Shown piece after piece: positions 54,441-64,000 of a DNA stretch of 64,000 nt (position 1 is the first letter of the stretch; each line of letters opens with the position of its first letter). Both the position numbers and the translations under genes were made by a program. The stretch is from Octopus sinensis (lineage: Eukaryota). A model generated the notes under the pieces. It searched no databases. It was not told the DNA's origin and worked only from the letters and a program-made list of their open reading frames with translations. The stretch is from the NCBI RefSeq assembly GCF_006345805.1, contig NC_043004.1, positions 102,052,001 through 102,116,000 of the forward strand, read 5' to 3'.

Positions 54441-55264
54441 CTCTTGTTAAACTACTTCCAACCAATTGAGGTTTTTCAACTTTTTTCCCTGATAATTTTC
54501 AAAAACGTACTTCTAATGCAGTTTTGGGAGCTGATGACGAAAATGGCATTGGATATTTTTTCTAGATAATAAAAAAGTTACAAGCATTTAGCATTATGTA
54601 ATTTTAGCTAGTCGGAAGCGTCCATTGCCGACATATTGGAAGTCGTGACTGTTTGCCTCCGTAGGAACAGCACACATAACGAAGACGAAACCTTTACATG
54701 ATCTCTCAACCTATAAGAAATAGGAGCCAAATCTTCCTTTAAAACACCCTTTATTTCGCCGCTTAAGGCAGGCCCAAGTGTTTTTCCATTTGTTGTGTGT
54801 TATTAAAATCAGTCTCCACGAATGTTCTCTTTTATCAAACTGATGAACCTCGAGACGCTGACTGAGTACCACAGATCGACATTAAATGTATTTTCTCTTC
54901 TTATGATAAAATTGTAAACATAATTCTGAAAGAAAAAAATGGCGTCTGTGAGGGATTGGGGAAAGAAAGAATTGGTAACCAATATTGTTATTGTATGAAA
55001 TGTATTGTTGTTGATGATGATGATGATGATAATAATGGTAAGGATCAACACTTCACTTCCTACAATACACTTCTTTCTTCACCATTAATACACAGTTTGC
55101 TATTTTAAACTAATACTGCTTCTGCTGCACATAACGAGTGTGTGCGCGTATGTATGTATGTATGTATGTATGTATGTATGTATGTGTGTGTGCACGTGCG
55201 TGCGTGCGTGTGCGTAAGTGTCTGTGTGTATGTGTGTGCGTGCGTGCGTGTGTGAGAGTGTGTG

Positions 55265-55313
<49 letters not shown>

Positions 55314-55607
55314 ATGTAAAATGAAACACGTAATGGTATCATATCAGCCGAGGGTTAAGTACTCAGGAAATAGCGAGGATTCTCTTGACGTAAGCGAGAC
55401 AGATAAATAGCTTGCATAATGGTACTTTAAGCACTAATTAAAGCGAACGAATGTCCTGGGGTCTCTTAAGTATAGTAGATAACACTGTCAACTGGACTAC
55501 GACAGATGCGTGGCTTGATTCCAGTAGGAACTTCTGTGCTCATTTCTTTCTGCCTTAGATTCCTGCCTAATCAGTGTCTAGTTTAAATTATACATACGCA
55601 CACACAC

Positions 55608-55679
<72 letters not shown>

Positions 55680-55707
55680 GGGAGGGAGAGAGGGAGAGAG
55701 AGAGATT

Positions 55708-55787
<80 letters not shown>

Positions 55788-55799
55788 TACATACATACA

Positions 55800-56684
55800 T
55801 ACAGGGTGCGATGGGTAAATTGTCACCATTTTATATTTTTTATTTCGCGCATTCGCATTGTTTGTTTGTTTGTTTGTTTTTATTTTGCCAACTACACAGT
55901 ATACTAGGGTCAGTTGGGCACCGTCTGTGAGAAATACAGCACCATGACATAATTCACTCTGCCAGAAACTTGGAAACGACATGCTGTACTGCTTGGCATT
56001 CACGCCGGAAGCTCCAATACGAACATTTCAGAGTGTTTGGGTATCAATTTGAGGACAGTGCAGTCTGAGAACATGTACCGAGAGTGATAAAATTCAAACA
56101 TCCAGTCAACATCATTGTATCTGAAGTGATCACTAGCGATGGCGACGTTATGCCTCCATTCATCTTCCCACACGGCCTCACACTCAACACGGTTGCCTAC
56201 ATCAAGTACTTGGCGGAGGTAGTGCAGCTCTGAGACAAGAGGGTGGTTGCTGGAAGACCCTGTGTCTGGCAACAGGACTCTGCACCATGCCACACAAGCA
56301 GGAGAACTCAGTCATGGCTGTCAGACAATTTATGCGACCACATCACCCCTAGCATCTGGCCACTTAATTCCCCAGATTGCAACCCCCTTGATTATCATGT
56401 GTGTGGTGCAGTTGACCAACAAAACTCCAAAGATGAACTGAAGGCAATGATTATGGCAGCATTTACTAGCTTAAACAAGGAGTCCGTCCAGGAGAGTTGT
56501 AGGAGGTTCTGAAGTCGTCCGAAGGCCGTGGTTAAAGCCAATGGCGGTTTTATTGAATAAATTTACTCTTTAGTATTTCCAGATTTTTTATGTAATTTTG
56601 GTAAATATATCTGTTAAAATGAGATGTCACTGTTATTTTCATTTTTGCGTAATTTAGACGACAGTTTATTCACCGCGCCCTGTA
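55800..56684 (+). mobile_element. Internally deleted DD37D (maT-type) Tc1/mariner transposon
   Basis: TA-flanked TIRs CAGGGTGCGATGGGTAAAT / GTTTATTCACCGCGCCCTG. Residual ORF ...VWQQDSAPCH...WPLNSPDCNPLDY has exactly 37 residues between the second and third catalytic Asp. Confidence 0.88.
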
Positions 56685-56695
56685 TATATATATAT

Positions 56696-57394
56696 TTGGG
56701 GTTGCCGGATAAATTCGTTTGATCCTTTCCTATGTTATTTGAACTAACACGAAAAATGTTACTACCATTGTCTGTTACTGTTGTAGCTCTATTCTCCCTC
56801 TATAACTTTTTTTTAGCCGCTTTTGAAAGTCAGACAAGCTAGCGACATTTTGATTCAAACCAGAACTGCATCCATGCAAAACAATGATCTGTGTTTGGTA
56901 AGACTGGGAAGGGCAATTCCACTTCAAAAGAACCACACGGTTAATGTAGAGATTTTCATTCAGTAAATACTACTCAACGAGGAATTCAACTGAAACGACC
57001 CGACCGGCGACATGGTGTGCTTTTTCAATACGACAACGCTTGCTCCACGTCGTTAATTTGACCAAAAATGCTATTCCAGAACTCATTTGAGAAGTTCTGC
57101 AGTACTCTTCATTTCCTCCTGATATAGTGCCTTCAGATTAATCCTTTTTTTTTTTATCATTATCCAACAATTTGCGAGGTGTTTCGCTCAACAATGATGT
57201 GGCTCAATAAATTCATTGAGTCAAGACTCTTTGATTTTTATTGTCAAATACATTGACAAGCTAGTGGAACGTTGGCAAGAAGTCACGAACAATATAGGAG
57301 AATGATTATTGACCGATTTGTTAAAAGTGTTAATGAAAAATAAAGATTAAAATAAATGGTGAAAAAAAATGAACGAATTTATCTGATAACCTAA
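56696..57394 (+). mobile_element. Decayed mariner element
   Basis: TIR-like TTGGGGTTGCCGGATAAATTCGTT / AACGAATTTATCTGATAACCTAAT; remnant ...GVLFQYDNA (similar to LHDNARPH). Confidence 0.7.
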
Positions 57395-57427
57395 TGTAAG
57401 TGAGTGTGTGTGTGTATTCGTCTAAGT

Positions 57428-57766
57428 CAGCGTTTCTCAACTGGACTCCATATGACTCCTTGGGGGCCATATGACTCCTCGGGGCCCATATGACTCCTCG
57501 GAATCAATGTAAGGTTTTTTGGGATCCGCACAACCTAAATGATATACTTGGTTGTATTGCATGTATCCATGAAAAGAATTTTGCTCCAGATGTATTTAGT
57601 GCAAGAAACAGGTTTCTTTCTCCGGTGTTTTACATTGGTCAGCCTATACAAGCGAATGTGTAATAAACAAAATAGGAATTTTGAAAGAATTATCTATAAA
57701 AGCTAATTTTCAAACGTAGAATAGTAATCGAAGGGGTCTATGGATGAGAAAGGTTAAGAACCACTG
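57428..57766. mobile_element. hAT (Charlie-like) MITE with 8-bp TSD
   Basis: TIRs CAGCGTTTCTCAAC / GTTAAGAACCACTG; TSD GTCTAAGT / GTCCAAGT; three internal ~19-bp tandem repeats. Confidence 0.82.
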
Positions 57767-58921
57767 GTCCAAGTGCTGAAGAGAGAAAAATTGAAGTTAT
57801 CGCTTTGATTGTAGACAAAAGAGTGGCTGTGTGGTAAGTAGCTTGCTTACGAACCACATGGTTCCGGGTTCAGTCCTACTGCGTGGCACCTTGGGCAAGT
57901 GTCTTCTACTATAGCGTCGGGCCGACCAATGCCTGGTGAGTGGATTTGGTAGACAGAAAGAAGCCCGTCGTATATATGTATATGTGTGTGTGTGCGTGTG
58001 TGTGTATTGTGTGTGTGTGTGTGTACGTTTCTGTGTCTGTGTTTGTCCCCCCCCAACATCGCTTGACAACCGATGCTGGTGTGTTACGTACCCGTAACTT
58101 AGCGGTTCGGCAAAAGAGACCGATAGAACAAGTACTAGGCTTACAAAGAATAAGTCCGGGGGTCGATTTGCTCCAGCATGGCCACAGTCAAATGACTGAA
58201 GCAAGTAAAAGAGTAAAGAGTAAATAGCACTATTTTCTCTTTGATAACACCATTCCTTATTCAGGCGAGGAATAAGGGCCTAAAACGTTAGACCCTACAA
58301 CCACTAAACTCACCATAACTCTTCTCGGAACTCCTCTATTAATGAACTGTTGCTAACACAAACCAACACCTGTTACCTCTGATTCCAGAGTTTACTCTGA
58401 TACAGTTGAAGCCTTTTGTCATGTGTCGACGTAAATAAATGCTTTGTGGCATCAGTAATTGGTAACTGAAGTCTTCGAAATTTCAGAAATTATTTTCCTT
58501 CCGCCTGACCAACTGTTGCGTATTTGAAACGAACCAGTTCAGTTTTGCAAGAGAGTGGAATGTATGTTGACGTACGCAAAAATAACAGTTTTACTTAGGG
58601 GTTTTGTGTTTGTATTTTCGTTTTCTCTGTGTGTGAGTATGTGTTTGTGTGTGTGTGTGTGCGCGCGCGTGTGTCTGTCTATTTTCATGTATCGAGCAGG
58701 TTCTATGCGGGAGATTCATGTTTCTTGTTGTTTGTTGTTGTTTTGTTGTTATTTTTCACATGTGAAATACATTAGTTTCCATAGATAATTAGTATAGAAC
58801 TGAACTGAGGAAGGTGGAACCAATTACGTGGTTGTTTTAATTGACCCTCGTGTGAGGGAAGAATGATGGGGCGTGTTGGTGGGTGCTGAATTCCACGCAT
58901 GTTATAAAGAATGTGGCTGGA

Positions 58922-59008
<87 letters not shown>

Positions 59009-59014
59009 TGTAGG

Positions 59015-59120
<106 letters not shown>

Positions 59121-59390
59121 TGGAATGGGAGAGAGAAACAGAGTAAGGTCCTAGGATAGACGCTACAAAATAATACATGATTACAGAGACAGAGGGATGG
59201 CGAGAAAAATTGGTGAGGAGGGGGAGAAAGAGAAGGTGTGAGTTTTGTAAAGATAGTAAAGAAAGAGTGAGGAAAGCAAGAGAAAGCAAGAGAGAGAGAG
59301 AAAGGGAGAGAGAGAGAGATACCAAGATTAATAGGAATGATTGAACTGAAGAGAGATAAAAAAGACTGATTTGGCGGAGGGAGAGAGTGG

Positions 59391-59440
<50 letters not shown>

Positions 59441-59680
59441 GTGGAAAATGTTGGGACAATGATAGCAGAAAAAATAGGGTGAGAGAAAGTAACAGAAAGA
59501 AGAGAAGTCCTTGAAGAGAAATTTCAGGAAAAAAGCAAAAGAGGAGTGCTGGGATGGAATGATAGAAGTATAGAGAGAAAGAACTGAGAGGGAGAGAGAG
59601 AGAGAGAGTGTGTGAGTGAGAGAGAGGGGAAATAACGAACGAAATAAAGGAAGACAAAAAGGAAGAAAGGAAGGAAGGAA

Positions 59681-59726
<46 letters not shown>

Positions 59727-59729
59727 AAA

Positions 59730-59788
<59 letters not shown>

Positions 59789-60291
59789 GAAAGAAGGAAG
59801 ACAGAAAGAAAGGAAGAAAGAAGGAAAGAAAGAAAGAAAGAAAGAAAGAAAGAATAAAAGAAAGAGAAGGAGAGAAAGAAAGAAAGAAAGAAGGAAAGAA
59901 AGAAAGAAAGAAGGAAAGAAAGGTTGGGATAATAATGAGAGACAAATAGAGAGAAAACCGGGGATACAGAGAAGGGCAGAAAGACAGAGGGGGAGAGAGA
60001 GAAAAACCGAAAGAGTCGCCAGGAATGTGGTCAAAGAGCTGAGAATTCTAAGAAATTGCAAAAGACTCTTCGGTGAAAATGAAGAAACAATGATATATTG
60101 TGATCTACAAGATTTTATATATTGAAGAGGAAATTGAGGTGCGAAGGGGTATCTTCAAAGAAATCTGATGATCAAAATAGTAGAAGTAATTGGGTGAAGT
60201 GCTGGAGTCAGATTAATCCTTTTGAAGTATTTTTGTTGTTGTTGTTGCATTCGTCGTTGTTGTTGTGTTGGTGTTGTTGTTATTGTTGGTG

Positions 60292-60323
<32 letters not shown>

Positions 60324-60835
60324 GGTTTTAGCTGTTGTTACTATCGTTTAACATCAAGTGAGCCCTGGTTGAGCAGATCTATGATCAAAGACATTCCGAT
60401 TCTGGACATCCTGTCATTTTAAGAGATATAACTACATTATCTAATGAGTCGTTCCTATTTTAAAAGACGGTTGGATGTGATTTGAGAGATTTGGGTTGCT
60501 ACTTCTAGCAAGTCTAGCGACAACGTAAAGGTTCCTCGGATTATTATTCTTGCTGTCGTCTTTAATTGTTCGAGAAAATAATTATCCTATCATTGACACA
60601 AAACCTGAAATTTGGAGGAGGAGGAGGAGGAGGAGGAGGAGGAGGAAGATTGAGGAGGAGGAGGAGGCCATCGATTACATCGATCCCAGTGTTTAATGGA
60701 TACTTAGTTTATTGATCCTGAAAAGATGAAAGGCAAAGTCGATCTTCGATGTAATTTGAACTCAGAACGTAAAGACGGATGAAGTGCCACTAAACAGTTC
60801 GCCCAGCATGCTAACGATTCTGCCAGTTACCCTCC

Positions 60836-60902
<67 letters not shown>

Positions 60903-60911
60903 TAATAATAA

Positions 60912-61583
60912 TAGTCATGATGGGTATATTGGGCTTCGTATATTTTACCCCAGTGTCACTTCGATGGCATGAACTGCTCTCTCACTCAATGATAATAATA
61001 AGATGCCCTGATGCAGTACCAGGCAGATGCCCTGATGCAGTACCAGGCAGTGGCTCTCATGGCTTCTGATCTTAACTGATTGGAAGTGTTATCATGTACA
61101 TTGTTTTGTCTTGGTATAAAAGATGGGCTACAGCAAATATTCTGCTCAATACCACAGATTTGCTTGTCAGTTGTTTGACTTTAACCAGTTGACCATGTTC
61201 CTTAGTGGCTGACGATATGTGCATCTCTGATCACGAGCAGAAGTAGTGGGGGAGCATCATAGCCATGTGTTGAGAGGGATTCTTTGGGGTTTGAATAATT
61301 CACCTCTGGAAACATGGGTGGTTCTTTCAACATCCTTAAACAACCCTTATTCAGGGACCTTTTGAGCGGGATGGGCTACTCAACCTGAAGAAAATTCTAA
61401 CTGGGCCCCACCTGCAAGGTCATGCGCTGTTTATCTTGATATGAGATCACCATGTCGCGCACATATGGTTGTGATGCATGGCTGGTGGTGTACCCTTATC
61501 AGACGGGTAGTCATGATGGGTATATTGGGATTCGTATATTTTACCCCAGTGTCACTTCGATGGCATGAACTGCTCTCTCACTC

Positions 61584-61638
<55 letters not shown>

Positions 61639-61767
61639 TAATAATAATAATAATAATAATAATAGTGCCTGGTGTACCCTTATCAGACGGGTAGTCATGA
61701 TGGGTATATTGGGCTTCATATATTTTACCCCAGTGTCACTTAGATGGCATGCACTGCTCTCTCACTC
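60912..61767 (+). mobile_element. Three 5'-truncated copies of one retroelement 3' end, each ending ...CTCTCTCACTC(AAT)n (60912-60987, 61002-61583, 61665-61767)
   Basis: Identical 3' terminus, different 5' truncation points, each flanked by (AAT)n on both sides. Confidence 0.8.
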
Positions 61768-61784
61768 AATAATAATAATAATAA

Positions 61785-61929
61785 TATAAGATTGTCCCAA
61801 AAGTTCGTAGAAAGTCTTGGAAAATAATGGTCTTTATTTTGAGGAATAATTTTTGTTGTTTCTGTTAGTACTTGGCGAGTAAAAATTCAATTTTCGCAAG
61901 TGTTTACGAACTTTTGGGACAACCTAATA
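61785..61929. mobile_element. Mariner-derived MITE
   Basis: Perfect 18-bp TIR core TTGTCCCAAAAGTTCGTA / TACGAACTTTTGGGACAA; inserted within an (AAT)n tract. Confidence 0.85.
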
Positions 61930-61941
61930 ATAATAATAATA

Positions 61942-61977
<36 letters not shown>

Positions 61978-63689
61978 GACTTTACAACGATGTTTTGCAA
62001 TATTCTAGTATGATAGTTGGCTAGTTAATGGTTTAACATTCCTACTTCCAAAAAATGAAGAGACAAATGAACCAAGTTTTCAGAGTTTCCTACAAACATA
62101 AATTCTAAAAGAGGTGGAGTTTGCAGAGTATTAGAATTATAAGCATCGTGAATTCTCCATACCGATAACACAGATGATGGAGATTATAGATGACTGACAT
62201 ATCAAATTGCCTTCCTTGATTTAGTATAAACTTGCCGAATTCACACTCCTGAGATTTCAAGATGTCATAGAGTTGAAAAGTACGCTGATAATTTGAATAC
62301 AGAGAAAAGGGAATTATTACTATACTCCTACTCTAATCAAATAAAGGATGTTAGGTAAAAACAAAGAGATCTGAGTGTAACTAATTGAAGAGAGAATGGC
62401 GGGGGGGGGGGGGGCTTGAGTTCTACTAGGTGTACGACAAATATAAGTAAGAATTATAATTGCCTATCACCATAATCCAATCAACAAATATTAAGTTTAT
62501 TACAGTTAAATTGAATTAAACTAAATTAAACTGAACTGAATTGTTTGGTGCAATAATTAAGGATTGTATTAAAGATTAGTTAAGAACAGAGTATTTGATA
62601 TACTCTTTTCTCTTTTACTCTTTTACTTGTTTCAGTCATTTGACTGCGGCCATGCTGGAGCACCGCCTTTAGTCGAGCAAATCGACCCCGAGACATATTC
62701 TTTTGTAAGCCCAGTACTTATTCTATCGGTTTCTTTTGCCGAACCGCTAAGTGACGGGGACGTAAACACACCAGCATCGGTTGTCAAGCAATGCTAGAGG
62801 GACAAACACACACACACAAACACACATATATACGCACATATATATATATATATATATACATATATACGACAGGCTTCTTTCAGTTTCCGTCTACCAAATC
62901 CACTCACAAGGCTTTGGTCGGCCCGGGGCTATATCAGAAGACACTTGCCCAAGATGCCACGCAGTGGGACTGAACCCGGAACCATGTGGTTGGTTAGCAA
63001 GCTACTTACCACACAGCCACACCTGCGCCTTTATATACGTTATATAAAAAATAATTCAAATAAGAGGGTAGGGGAGTTCATTTGAAAAGAACACAGGCGT
63101 TTATCTATGTTAAACATAAGCAAGTTATTTATGTATGATTTTTATGTGCAAATTTTAAGAATGTTTTATAAACAAGAAACAAGATACTTTAAAAGACATA
63201 TAAAAGTATTGGAATTGCTCAAATTGGTGTAGACATCTCTGATGAGAAACCCAATAACATTTGAAATTCGATTAAGGCTGTTCATAATTTTTTTCTATCT
63301 ACGGAGAAATTGTTAAATTTGACCTGTTTATATATCTATGCAAAGGTTACATAAATTGTATCATCCCTTGAAACTGCATGGACTGAGATCCCTGTTGACT
63401 AAGACCCTGATATTAAAGTGCAGCATATGATATGCAAATTAGTAGTTCCAGTGCTCTATAGCTATTGGATTTGTAGAGTAGATAAACAGACTGGTTGCTT
63501 GTTTCTCTGTGATTGGTCAAACTGATATAGGCACCGCTGATGAGAATCCAATAAGGTGGGAAAATTGATTATGGCTGTTCGTCATTTGCTCAATCTACGG
63601 AGAAATAATTAAATCTATTTGTGGACATTTCCATCCATGCAATAAAGACAGTCACTGTACCTGTAATGTTAGGTAACACACTGACTTGT

Positions 63690-63725
<36 letters not shown>

Positions 63726-64000
63726 TCAATAACGAATTGAAAGTAGCGTTAGTGATATAAACATTATCGATCGGTAATATTTACATCACTAACACTGCTT
63801 TTAATTCGTTATTGAATTTAAGCTTATATGTGCTCGCCGTCACACTTCATTGAATAGTTTTTGCACTATTTATATATAGTATAGACTGGCGATTCGATTC
63901 GTCTCCAGTTCGATTCAGGTACGTCACAAAAACGGCAAAATATCGGTATCCATCACTCCTGAATTCGATTCTAGGCGAGATACCTTGCCTGTCTATGACG

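Noticed and set aside
58255-58295. CAGGCGAGGAATAAGGGCCTAAAACGTT, resembling a minimal hammerhead
   Set aside because: Both core halves are mutated (CAGGCGA, AAAA); cannot be supported.
63230-63280. CTGATGA...GAAAT as a possible hammerhead
   Set aside because: Stem II is at most 3 weak pairs, and there is no helix III or stem I.

Overview
AT-rich, microsatellite-dense eukaryotic genomic DNA. The SINE families and repeat landscape match what I recall of Octopus; this is inference, not a database match. Only one host gene segment is supportable: the first coding exon of a DBH-like monooxygenase (MOXD1-like; signal peptide, Thr-rich linker, N-terminal half of a DOMON domain) on the minus strand at 8195-8578. 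No second exon was recognisable in 1-8194. The remaining ~55 kb is intergenic and consists of transposon debris: at least four tRNA-type SINE families, fragments of CR1/L2-, Tx1/L1-, RTE- and jockey/I-type LINEs, Tc1/mariner (DD37D and mariner-type) remnants, and hAT and pogo MITEs. Almost all ORFs in the supplied track are microsatellite or SINE artefacts. The main hidden signal is a nest of Penelope-like-element (PLE) sequences at 11.9-15.5 kb. It carries three hammerhead ribozymes with complete catalytic cores (12095-12183 minus, 12778-12865 plus, 15294-15376 minus). These sit in spacer-less palindromes and flank a decayed PLE reverse transcriptase. Several variant or decayed hammerheads occur elsewhere. 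Secondary signals are a 3' tail shared between the dominant SINE and two CR1-like LINEs, recurrent head-to-tail SINE dimers with an identical junction, and a retroelement inserted repeatedly into (AAT)n.
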